Of a stretch of DNA of 64,000 nucleotides, positions 53,911 to 64,000 are shown in pieces. Numbering within the stretch: the first letter of the stretch is position 1; every line of letters starts with the position of its first letter. The stretch is from contig OZ024740.1 of the NCBI GenBank assembly GCA_964016885.1, forward strand, positions 109,864,001 through 109,928,000. The letters are read 5' to 3'. Origin of the DNA: Eledone cirrhosa (lineage: Eukaryota). Made by a program: the position numbers and the translations under genes. Below the pieces are notes generated by a model. The model was given only the letters and a program-made list of their open reading frames with translations, did no database searches and was not told where the DNA came from.

Positions 53911-54036
53911 TTCCTGATGATTTCTCCCAAATGAAACAGTTCTAGTCCTGTAGAAGCCATTTCTATATTAAATATTTATACTGTGCTCTGTATTGAGTAC
54001 CTTACTTACTGTGGTTACCCCCGAATGAACCTGGGA
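53911..54036 (+). mobile_element. Penelope-like pLTR remnant with type I hammerhead motif (53911-53955)
   Basis: TTC-CTGATGA-tttctcccaaat-GAA-ACAG-ttctagtc-CTGT-A-GAA, then gtattgagtaccttact..gtggttacccc, also seen inverted at ~14865-14910. Confidence 0.6.
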
Positions 54037-54161
54037 TGTACTTATCTATATATATATATAATTCGAAATTCCAATACATATCTGTATACAGCTATGCTCA
54101 AAGCTAAATTCTAATTCTATTATATATATATACATATATACAAATCCTTATTATGCACATG

Positions 54162-54241
<80 letters not shown>

Positions 54242-55432
54242 TACATACATTTATATGTACACATATATGGAGGAGGAGGAGGGAGTGAGCAAAGCTAGTT
54301 GAAATTCCAAAGTTACTTAAAAAACCATTTACCAGATTGAATGTCAGTCAGATTAATTACATAAATTAGAAATTTTAACTAAAACGAATCCAAAGAACTC
54401 TAAAAGTGAGACAAGGAGAAGAGCAAGTCTGCTCAAAACCTGGCCTTATGCTATATAAAAGTTAAGGGGCTTAATATATTTACATAGATTCTCGGTACAG
54501 CAGTTGACAGCTGGTATGTAAGTGGCATACCTTGTCTATTAATGAAATCAAAAAGAGGAATTCTTCTTTACTGGTATATTAATACAGAGATATGGCACCT
54601 CCTCTCTCACTCTCTTTCTCTCATCATCTATCTATATTCCCCTCATTTAATTCTTTCCTTTATCTCTTGTAATTTCTAGACTAATTCCATTTCATCAGAT
54701 AAAGAGATCCACTTCACTATGCTTCTAGGTAATGAAATTCTTCAGCTTATTTGCAAAAAACAAAAAACCCAGTCCAATCAGACCCAGGAAATTATTTCCC
54801 CATTGGTCTTTCAAATGATATTATCTGCCAGTTGCAAATCCTGGCAGAAGGACCAATCTCTTTCCAGTGAGAGATGGTAGGATTTGAGAGGGCAGAGAGA
54901 TGGAACAGACGTGACAAATCATCCCATGTGACTCTTTAACATTTCTGCCATTCCACTACTTCTGGACTGATATTTTATCAGCCATGAAATGATGAAAGAT
55001 AAAGTTTTCCTCAGTATGATTTGAATTCAGAACACAGAAAGCCAGAACAAATACCAAGGCATTTAATCTGACACTCTAATGACTCTGCCAATTCACTGTC
55101 TAGAATTTAAAACAAAATCAAATTCTAGTTAATCATTCTTTGAGCCATCTTCAGATGACATTACATTTTTTTCTTTGAGCTCCAAAAAATTTGTTTGTTG
55201 TATAAAAAAAATTACATTAAAAATTAAATCATATTAAACTTTGGCCTTTATTAAGTAAGAAAAAAAAATAAGCAAGAGTTCCATGTGCCATTATCTGACA
55301 AGAGAAGAAGGATAGCAAAAGTTCCATGTGCTGTTATCTGTAAGTCATAATAGTAACAAAAATATTGGTTATAAATAACATTTATGCTGTGAGTATCCAG
55401 ATAGATAGATAGATACATATATAGAGATAGAT

Positions 55433-58400
55433 AAATGTCTTTATTAGCCACAAGGGCACAAAAGAAGGGGACAAATACAAATGGGGAGTATACATACAGG
55501 TATATGAAAATAAAACTATTAATAAAATAACAAATAACAATTGAAATTCCCAATAGGGGGGAGGCGTTACACAGGGGTTGTACACACCCCGAAAAAATGT
55601 ACAACCCTCCAGGAGCACCAAGAGTGAGTAGTCCCTTTCTCTCTGCCTCTTTTTCCTCAACCTACAGGCTTATATAGAGAGAAGGCCCAACCACTCGGGC
55701 CATCTTTGCCACATTCACCCACCTTTTATAAAATTTGCTGGGATACAGCACCTCTCTCTCCATCCTGATTCTTCTTCCAAAATGATATTTGAAAAAACGA
55801 ATCAGTTGCTCGCCGGAGAGAAAGGTGTCTGACCTCAGCCCTTTTAACCTCGTCCACCATATAACCTCTTTCACCATAGCCATAACACATAGGAAAACTG
55901 CCTCTCCCTCGTTTTTGAAGGAGGGTGGCGGTTTGATCATGAGAACAGACTCGGTGGTCAACTGGATTGGCCCCACCCGCGACAATAGTCATTCTACATA
56001 GCCCCACAGGTCAGTAACGCCCGGGCAGTGTACAAATGCGTGTGCGACGGTTTCCTCGTCGTGCACGCATCTCGGTCAGATCTTTTTCGAAGGGTCCCTA
56101 CCCGGGCGCCCATGTCTGTAGAGCTTGTCTCGAACTGGTAGAGCTCCTCGGTAGCACTGCCAGGCCAGGGACTTTTGGAAGTTGTCCATTGGTCCCGGGC
56201 GGAAGTTCCTATCGAACAGACTGGCCAGTTCGTCCTCCTCTATGCCCAGAGTTTCTCCGAGTGTGTCGTCGCACTTGCTGCGGATCAACCCTCTATAGAA
56301 TGTCGAAGTGGAGTCTCCACTGATCGCCGGGTCCATTTGCCAGAGAACTGTCAGCGCCTGAGCAGATTCGATTTGCCAGTCGGTCTTTGCTTGACCCAGG
56401 ACTGCAGCTCGGTCAGCGAGACGAGTCGTCGGAAGGCTCGCCTCACGAATGGGACCCTCACCGGTTGTCCGGTGAGGAATACGTGGCGGTGCCGCAGCCT
56501 GAGCGCGTGTTCGCGCATCGTCAGCCACAGCATCGTCAGCCCTCCGTTTGAAGGGTGTTGGCAGCAGATGGATCTTCTCACCAAAGGAGCCCGTTTCTTC
56601 CAAAGGAATTGGAAGAGCGCGCGCTCCATTTTGGTGAGCGTTTTTGCTGGACAAGGCATGACAGTCAAGCGGTAGTAGATGACGGACGCTATAAAATTGT
56701 TCGCCACCTCCGCTCGACATTTCAAGGATAGTTTGCACTCGGCCCACTTCTGGGTGAGCGCAAACACCTTGGCCGTCACCTCGTTCCAGTTCTTCTCCAC
56801 CTGGACCAAACCAGACCCCGAGCAGCTTTACCGGTCCTTCCGTCCAGCGTCCGACGAGGCATCGGAAGGCATCGGTTTGCTTCTCCGCGTTCCAAGTTGC
56901 AAACCGACGGATTTGTCCCGGTTCAGCTTCACTCCTGTGAACCTTTTGTATTGCTCCAGTAAGGTGCCGACCTCCCCGATTTGCGAGGTGCTCGACACCA
57001 TTACTGTCATGGTCCCAGTTCCAAAGGGATGCCCTGCAATAGCTCCAACTTCCGCAGTAGTGGCTCGAGAGTCAGTACGTACAGAAGGGAGGCGAGAGGG
57101 CATCCCTGTCGAATGGATCGTGTGATATGGAACGGCTCTGAGAGGTAGCCGTTCACCTTAACCCTTGAGCAGATGTTGCTGTTGTGCATTGCAGCAATCC
57201 AGCCCCTAAACACGGGTCCAAAGCCTGCCGCCTCGAGCACCGCATCCAGGTAACGATGGTCAACCCTATCGAAAGCCTTAGACTGATCCAAGTTGTTCAG
57301 GGCCCCACCGAAGCCGGGTTTAAACCCTTCCCTCTCTATGATGTATCGCATGAGGTGGAGGTTGTCGTGTATGGACCTGGTCGGGATTGCGCATGTCTGC
57401 GCTTCTCCCACCAGGTTCTCGATGACAAGCGCCAGCCTCTTTGCCAACACCTTGGCCAAAATCTGTAACTCTGTGTTGAGCAGAGTTATGGGCTGGAAGT
57501 TGCCTATGTCATTACCCTTATTCTCGTCCTTCCTGACTAACGTAACTATGCTCTTAGTCACAGAACTGGGAATTCTCCCGTTCTGCTGCCAGTTGCAGTA
57601 GACCGCTTCCAGGAGACCAGAGAACAAGTCCGGCATTGCTACGTAAAATTTGTAGGCTAGATCGTAGAGACCTGGAGATTTGCGTTTGCCGCATTGACTC
57701 AGTGCATCCTCTATCTCAGCAGCCGAAATCGGCCTTTCGCAGAACTTTGCCTCGCTGTCCGAGAGTCGCGGTAGGCCATCGAGGTATGGACCGAAATCCA
57801 TAGCCCCTCCCGGCGCACCGCCCTGCCCGAACAGTTGAGCAAAGTGCCGCTGAAAAGCCGCGCACATTTGCTTTGGCTCACGTATCACGTGTCCGTCTTG
57901 GTCCTTCAAAGACTGAATCGTAGACTTGTTGCCACTTTTTGCTTCCATCACTCGGGCCCAGCTAACAGCTTTGGCTCCCTCATTTCCCAGACCATGTATT
58001 TTGCTTCTGACAATGCAGCCTTCATGCTTTGCGTCAAAGAACTGGTCCAAGGCCATTCTTGTCGCTAGCACGCTGGCTATGTTGCCACTCCTAAGTGCCT
58101 CTTCTACTTTATCTACCAGTTCCTTTTTGGTCTTATTTCTATCTAACACTAATTTTTTACTAAAACCTATCGAGTCTAATCTAACTGCCCTCTTGAGAGA
58201 GTACCACCATCTGTTGTTGACAATGGACCCCGTCAAATGCTGCTTAACTAAAGTGCTAATCCGTCTATTGTAGGCTTTGCATGTCGGTAACGACAAGTTC
58301 AGCTTCCAGTAGCCAGGTATCTGTCTATAGGTTTTGTCAAGGTTGACTAAGCAGGTCACTAATTTGTGATCTGAATAGGCAACCATGAACATTTGTGGAC

Positions 58401-59731
58401 AGCTTAACATGTCCCTATCCGTATTTCTAACTGGAACCCTATCTAGGTAGAATCTAGATGTTCCACTGCGATTAGTCCATGTCCACAGTGGCACAGTCGG
58501 AAAATCTAGTTGATATCTATCGGCCAGGTCAAATCGGCCGATTAACTGTTTGAGGCTGTTACACCCCTCTCTATCAGGACATGCTCCCACATGGTCCCAA
58601 TGTGCATCTAGGATTCCATTCCAGTCCCCAACTAACAGCAGGGAGCGGGACATTCCCAGAAAAGTTTCTAGACGTTTGAAGAAGTCTAGCCATGGTGTTC
58701 CGGATGGGGCATATGCGGCTACCAGCCTGAAGGCTCCACCTTCACTACCGTCAACGTCTAGGACCACCAGTCGACCATCTGGGTCCAGATGTATCGTCTG
58801 TGTTACGAGGTCCAGGTGTTTCCGCAGCAAAACAGCAACCCCGCCCCCACCCCCCGGCCGACAGAGAGATGCGTAGATCTCAAAGTCGCCGAAGATGGGG
58901 GCCAGTTGTCGCTCGCTGTGGATCCTAGACTCGCAAATGGCTACTACATCCATACTGTGCGACCTGAGGTCCTTTAAGAGTTTGCCCTGTTTCCAGGGCA
59001 TCCCCAGGCCGCGTACATTCACATATCCAACTCTTATATTGGCCATGTTGGTGCTGAAAAGTTAAAAGAAGAGGAAAAGAAATCACTCACCTCTTCATCT
59101 CCTGGGGACCAACCTGCACAATTTCCATGGGAGTGTTTGGTGGGGTGGTGGTCTCTGGTGGGGTGGGGACAGAGATGTTTGGTGGGGAGGGGTTGTCAGG
59201 TGGGGTGAGGGTGTCTGGTATGGGAGTGTTTGGGTGGGGGTGGGGAAACATTTCAAAAGGACGCGGTTATAGGGTTTGACGCAGGGGTTACCTACGTCAT
59301 TAGGAAATTTTTCTTTTAACTGTTTATGTGTGTCCATGGAGATCCTAATCATTTTAAGATTAGGATTCTCCGAAGAGTGTGTAAAAGTTTTCCCTTCGGT
59401 CTCCACCGAAGGGTTTTTATATATGGTGTCTGCTAAAGTTTTATTGTTAGTATTTATGTAGGTGTAACATTTTTGTTGTGTTGTGTTGTTTTTTGTCTGT
59501 GGTTCTTGTGTGTGTTTACGTTTTGTAGTAGGTGTTTTGTTTTCAGGAGGGAGTGTTTTTGTTTGTGCTGTTTGCGTCGCTTGTGTTTGTGTTTTTGTTG
59601 CATTTTTGTTTGTGTTATGTCTTTTCTTTTTTCTTTTTACTGGTCGGAAAGGCTTTCCCTCATCGTCACTGGGTGACGATGATGAGGACTCATCCGTGTT
59701 GTTGGGGAGGGGTACATTTTGGGGAGCTGTT
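55433..59731 (-). mobile_element. Tx1/L1-type LINE copy 3 (5'-truncated, complete 3' end, YADD missing)
   Basis: Closely related to copy 2; ORF2 open 59046-57007 then frameshifted; candidate TSD agatagata at 55425-55433 and 59734-59742. Confidence 0.95.
57007..59046 (-). CDS. Tx1 ORF2 N-terminal 679 aa (APE endonuclease plus RT up to just before YADD)
   Basis: NVRGL, ICES, GDWN, YLDR, SDH, KSPGL, DQSKAFDRV, QGCPL; terminates at the YADD deletion. Confidence 0.8.
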   Translation of the reverse strand: MANIRVGYVNVRGLGMPWKQGKLLKDLRSHSMDVVAICESRIHSERQLAPIFGDFEIYASLCRPGGGGGVAVLLRKHLDLVTQTIHLDPDGRLVVLDVDGSEGGAFRLVAAYAPSGTPWLDFFKRLETFLGMSRSLLLVGDWNGILDAHWDHVGACPDREGCNSLKQLIGRFDLADRYQLDFPTVPLWTWTNRSGTSRFYLDRVPVRNTDRDMLSCPQMFMVAYSDHKLVTCLVNLDKTYRQIPGYWKLNLSLPTCKAYNRRISTLVKQHLTGSIVNNRWWYSLKRAVRLDSIGFSKKLVLDRNKTKKELVDKVEEALRSGNIASVLATRMALDQFFDAKHEGCIVRSKIHGLGNEGAKAVSWARVMEAKSGNKSTIQSLKDQDGHVIREPKQMCAAFQRHFAQLFGQGGAPGGAMDFGPYLDGLPRLSDSEAKFCERPISAAEIEDALSQCGKRKSPGLYDLAYKFYVAMPDLFSGLLEAVYCNWQQNGRIPSSVTKSIVTLVRKDENKGNDIGNFQPITLLNTELQILAKVLAKRLALVIENLVGEAQTCAIPTRSIHDNLHLMRYIIEREGFKPGFGGALNNLDQSKAFDRVDHRYLDAVLEAAGFGPVFRGWIAAMHNSNICSRVKVNGYLSEPFHITRSIRQGCPLASLLYVLTLEPLLRKLELLQGIPLELGP

Positions 59732-59733
59732 AA

Positions 59734-59813
<80 letters not shown>

Positions 59814-60614
59814 GTTAACCCTAATATTTGACTGGTACTTTAATTATTAACACTGAATAAATGAAAGGCAAAGTTGACCTTGGAGGAAGGGAAGTCAGAG
59901 TGGTTCACAACAACTTCCTCATATTAACAATCAATCATTATAAATAATAGCTGAGAAAATTGGGAAAGCTACCTGGAAAAAGGGGACAGACGATTGGCTA
60001 ACGTACTCATGGAGACATAAAAATGCAGACAGAAGCACTTCTGTAGACATTTATCTTTCTTTAGGGGTCCATTAGCTGATTTTCCCAACTGAGGTTAACT
60101 TTGCCTTTCATCCTTACGGGGTCGATAAAATAAAGTACCAGTAATGTACTGGGTAATTTCTGGCCTTGTGCCAATAGTAGAAACAATTATTTATAGTGAT
60201 AGACTATTATTATGGTCATTTAGTTAGGACACACACATTTTAAACTTAAAATGCTTATATTTATCTCAAAACATTCACCATGAATTTATGTAAAATCCTT
60301 TGTTAGGTTTTGATCGAAACACTAGATTCATAATAAGTTAGCTATATTACTAAATCTCTCCAAATTCTTGATCTTTTCACAAGATTATTTGAAAGTCATA
60401 GGCAGTGTCTTTCATTAGAAAAATGGTAACAGAAAGGTTAAGGTGGATGTTTTTTTAATAGAGATCATTTTTAAGGGAGATGTTTATCAGACAATAGTTG
60501 TTAATAAGTCACTAGGCTACATATGATTTATCTATGCCAGGAGACATAGAAATATCTGTGTTATTCAAAAATAATAATTAAGAATGTCTTTCATGAGAAA
60601 ATCAAAGTACTTAC

Positions 60615-60808
60615 CTCAGCTGTTTTTGAAGATGTTACAAGCCACATCAACATGTGGCTTGTCTTTGACTTGCACAACACTCTGGATTTTAGACACTAGG
60701 GCCGTATCAAGATCACTTGGAGATTTCCTTTTGGGGTCAGTCATTTGGGCACGTAATTGTCCAATGGCATCAGCAGTTGGACCATTCAGAATATAAATCT
60801 CTAGCAAC
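60615..60808 (-). CDS. Candidate host exon (194 nt) of an unidentified gene or pseudogene
   Basis: Branch-like ctgat plus tttttttag|G acceptor and GAG|gtaagt donor; one frame open for 63 codons (LLEIYILNGP...CNIFKNS*); no TE motif recognised. Confidence 0.55.
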
Positions 60809-61390
60809 CTAAAAAAATAATCAGTTATGAATATGAGAGGAAAAGAGGCAATCAACAGATTGGACCATGGAAACAATGTTTTCATAGGTCTCTCCATGCA
60901 ACTCCTGGAACAGATATCTCAAAGTAACTGGTTAAACCCTTTAACAATCCTGTCAATCCACTGGACCTGTACTTTATTCATCAACCCTGAAATAATGAAG
61001 AGCAAAGTTGACTTCACTGGGATTTGAACTCAGAATGCAGTGAGCTGCAACAAATACCAATGCATTAATTCAACACTCAAACAACCCAGCCAATTTGCTG
61101 AATATAAGATAAGTAAAAAACGTGAGTCAAACAATTCCTAATACAACATTACAATAATGATATATTAGCATTCCCAACATAGACTGATAATTAGCGACCT
61201 AATAGTCAGGACGAGACGTACTAGACAACAGAAGAGGACTATCCTCAGGTGAAAAATATGGAAGCTAAAGGACCCCACAGCCAGAAATAAATTTAAAAGC
61301 ATACTACTTGATGCTTTCGACAGTAAGGAAGAGCAATTAGACTCGTACAATATAGAGGAGCAGTGGAAATTCCTGAAAGCAAACCTGCTG

Positions 61391-63508
61391 ATGGCGGCAG
61401 ACGAAGTCTGTGGCTGGAGCAGGCCCATAGGCAGGAGGAGAGTAACATGGTCGTGGAACAGTAAGGTGGAGGGGTCAATTAAGGCCAAAAAGCAGGCTTG
61501 GAAAGTATGGCGGGATGGGGCAAGTAGAGAAGACTATCAAGTGGCCAGGAGGGAAGCTAGGAGACAAGTGTACTTCGCAAGAAGGGAAGCAGAGGAAAGA
61601 AAGTTCAAGCATGTTCTACAACGCGAGGACCAAAAATGTGAGGTGTTCAGGATTGCTAGGCAATGTGTCAAGGAAAACCGTGATATTGTCGGGGAGAAGT
61701 GTGTACTTAATGATGATGGCGTACTTGCCATCACCGACGCTGATAAGAAGGTAGCTTGGAAGTGTCACTATGAAAGGCTACTAAATGAGGAGAATAAATG
61801 GGAGAAAGACAGTCTCCCCCACATCAACCCAATAGAGGGACCAGCAGTGTTAGTCGGGGGGAGTATAATAAGTAAGGAAATCAAGGATATGAAGACGGGT
61901 AAGGCAGCTGGGCCTTCGGAAATAGTTGCTGAGATGCTGAAGGCATCTGGCACGGTGGGACACACCATGGTCACCCGGATAGTTAACCAAGTCGTACAGA
62001 ATGGGGTTGTTCCGAAGGACTGGCGTAGCAGCATCATCGTTAACTGTTATAAGGGTAAAGGAGATGCCCTAGATAGGAGTAACTATAGAGGCATTAAATT
62101 AATCGACCAGGTCATGAAGGTCACGGAAAAAGTAATAGCGCAACTAATCAGAGAGAGAATTGACCTAGATGAAATGCAGTTCGGGTTTGTGTCAGGCAAA
62201 AGTACCACAGACGCTCTTTTCATTGTACGACAACTACAGGAGAAGTACCTAGCTAAAAGTAAACCCCTATACTTAACTTTCGTCGACTTGGAGAAAGCCT
62301 TCGACAGAGTCCCCCGTTCCATTATCTGGTGGTCTCTTAGAAAACTAGGTGTCGACGAATGGCTTGTGAGAGCTATACAAGCCATGTATAAAGAAACAGT
62401 CAGCAAGGTTAGAATTAACAACGAATATAGTGAAGAGTTTAGCGTAAAAGTTGGCGTCCATCAGGGCTCTGTTCTCAGCCCCCTACTATTTATTATTGCC
62501 CTTCAGGCTATAACAGAGGAGTTCAAGACCGGCTGCCCATGGGAACTCCTATACGCAGACGACCTAACACTCATAGCTGAATCAATGGCCGAGCTAGAGA
62601 AGAAGTTCCAAACATGGGAGCACGGCCTAGAATCAAAAGGCCTTAAAATTAACCTGGCTAAGACCAAAGTTCTAGTTTGTAGGAAAGAAAATAAGGCGGC
62701 GGTCCCTTCCGGGAAGTGGCCATGCTCAGTGTGTAGGAAAGGCGTAGGTAGAAACTCCATTTTGTGTCAGAAATGCAAAGTATGGGTGCATAAAAGATGT
62801 AGTGGGATCACAGGTAAGCTAACTAAGAACATAGATTTCACATGTGGCCGGTGCTCTGGTGCAATAAGTAGCAGCAAGTGCCCACAAAATACTAGCTCTT
62901 TCAACTGCGCAGAGGGCTCTATAGAAATAGTGGACAGCTTCCGTTACCTGGGTGACAAAATCAGCAGTGGGGGAGGGTGCTCTGAAAGTACAATAGCTAG
63001 AGTCAGAACTGGATGGAAAAAGTTCAGAGAGCTTATACCACTATTAGCCGCTAAAGGGTTCTCCCTAAAAATGAATGGCAGGTTGTATGATGCCTGCATA
63101 CGGACAGCAATGTTGCATGACAGTGAGACCTGGGCATTGTGTGCAGAGGATATACGCAGACTAGAGAGGAACGAAGCTTGCATGCTCCGCTGGATGTGTA
63201 ATAGTAATATACGTGAATGGCAAAGCATAAACGAACTAAGGAAAAAATTAGAAATAAGAGGGATCAGATGTTGTTTACTCGAGAGAAGGCTACGTTGGTA
63301 TGGACACGTGATGCGCATGAAAGTCGATAGCTGTATAACAAAGTGCAGGGCAATAAAGATAGATGGTAGCCACGGAATAGGCAGACCTAGAAAAACCTGG
63401 GACGAGCTGATAAACTCCGACCTCACACACTTACACCTCTCCAAGACAATGTCACTGGACCGAGACCTTAGGCGGTACTCAGTAATAGAGAAGACCCGCC
63501 TTACCTAA
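61391..63508 (+). CDS. RTE reverse transcriptase plus PHD finger, 705 aa, no endonuclease
   Basis: All RT motifs including YADD; in-frame stop upstream near 61250. Confidence 0.9.
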   Translation: MAADEVCGWSRPIGRRRVTWSWNSKVEGSIKAKKQAWKVWRDGASREDYQVARREARRQVYFARREAEERKFKHVLQREDQKCEVFRIARQCVKENRDIVGEKCVLNDDGVLAITDADKKVAWKCHYERLLNEENKWEKDSLPHINPIEGPAVLVGGSIISKEIKDMKTGKAAGPSEIVAEMLKASGTVGHTMVTRIVNQVVQNGVVPKDWRSSIIVNCYKGKGDALDRSNYRGIKLIDQVMKVTEKVIAQLIRERIDLDEMQFGFVSGKSTTDALFIVRQLQEKYLAKSKPLYLTFVDLEKAFDRVPRSIIWWSLRKLGVDEWLVRAIQAMYKETVSKVRINNEYSEEFSVKVGVHQGSVLSPLLFIIALQAITEEFKTGCPWELLYADDLTLIAESMAELEKKFQTWEHGLESKGLKINLAKTKVLVCRKENKAAVPSGKWPCSVCRKGVGRNSILCQKCKVWVHKRCSGITGKLTKNIDFTCGRCSGAISSSKCPQNTSSFNCAEGSIEIVDSFRYLGDKISSGGGCSESTIARVRTGWKKFRELIPLLAAKGFSLKMNGRLYDACIRTAMLHDSETWALCAEDIRRLERNEACMLRWMCNSNIREWQSINELRKKLEIRGIRCCLLERRLRWYGHVMRMKVDSCITKCRAIKIDGSHGIGRPRKTWDELINSDLTHLHLSKTMSLDRDLRRYSVIEKTRLT

Positions 63509-63677
63509 ATACATAGTAAAACCTACTACAGTCAGTAGGCATCTCTAACAAAATACACCCCCGTCCCACCACCCCCACCCCATCCACACCGCCCCCTTCT
63601 ATGTAAAGTTATGTTGGTGCCACACCATCCAGGCCGAAACAAATGAGATCGTGTAGGTGTCACGACAAAAAAAACAC

Positions 63678-64000
63678 ACAGTCCACGCTGTAATGTGGCC
63701 GTGTAGGCAACACGGTAAAAACCTCCCAGACCCACACTGTAAATGTGGTTGGTGTTAGGAAGGGCATCCAACTGTAGAAAACCCGCCAGACAGTCCACGC
63801 TGTAATGTGGCCGTGTAGGCAACATGGTAAAAACCTCCCAGCCCCACACTGTAAATGTGGTTGGTGTTAGGAAGGGCATCCAGCTGTAGAAAACCCGCCA
63901 GACAGACCACGCTGTAATGTGGCCGTGTAGGCAACACGGTAAAAACCTCCCAGCCCCACACTGTAAATGTGGTTGGTGTTAGGAAGGGCATCCAGCTGTA
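63678..64000 (+). repeat. 112-bp tandem repeat (about 2.9 copies to window end) within the RTE 3' UTR
   Basis: Units start at 63678, 63790, 63902. Confidence 0.95.

Larger units (their letters stand above)
61172..64000 (+). mobile_element. RTE-clade LINE (subfamily A), 5'-truncated, 3' UTR tandemly expanded, runs off window
   Basis: Near-identical reverse complement of 51146-53882. Confidence 0.97.

Noticed and set aside
45826-59731. Tx1 copies 2 and 3 as a segmental duplication
   Set aside because: Flanks are unrelated and 5' truncation points differ.
35264-63444. Recurring antisense ORFs over the LINEs (e.g. 35264-35764, 62944-63444, 39729-40379)
   Set aside because: Shadow frames conserved only because the copies are near-identical.
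51146-64000. Inverted RTE pair as TIRs of a giant DNA transposon, or the RTs as retron/DGR systems
   Set aside because: Arms are ordinary non-LTR elements with LINE UTRs and tails; no transposase or prokaryotic accessory parts.

Overview
AT-rich, microsatellite-laden eukaryotic DNA made mostly of transposable elements and their debris. The repeat families look like a coleoid cephalopod (Octopus-type); this is an inference, not a database result. No complete host gene is visible: there is one well-signalled candidate exon (60615-60808, minus) and one doubtful one (45331-45532). Main contents: four long 5'-truncated RTE-clade LINEs with a PHD finger inside the RT C-terminal region, three co-oriented Tx1/L1-type LINEs, decayed CRE-like and Tc1/mariner fragments, a non-autonomous Helitron, a TTAA MITE, many tRNA-derived SINEs, a U6 fragment, and Penelope-like termini with hammerhead ribozyme (HHR) motifs. 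Most notable: (1) four unrelated ~110-125 bp foldback palindromes that each contain the 3' half of a hammerhead and fold back at or just 5' of stem II; (2) two Tx1 copies that both lack the RT YADD motif, with slightly different junctions; (3) Tx1 ends sitting in (GATA)n repeats; (4) a strong minus-strand bias of TEs from 19 to 60 kb; (5) an inverted RTE pair, truncated at nearly the same point, bracketing the candidate exon. All alignments and folds were done by eye, so element boundaries are approximate.
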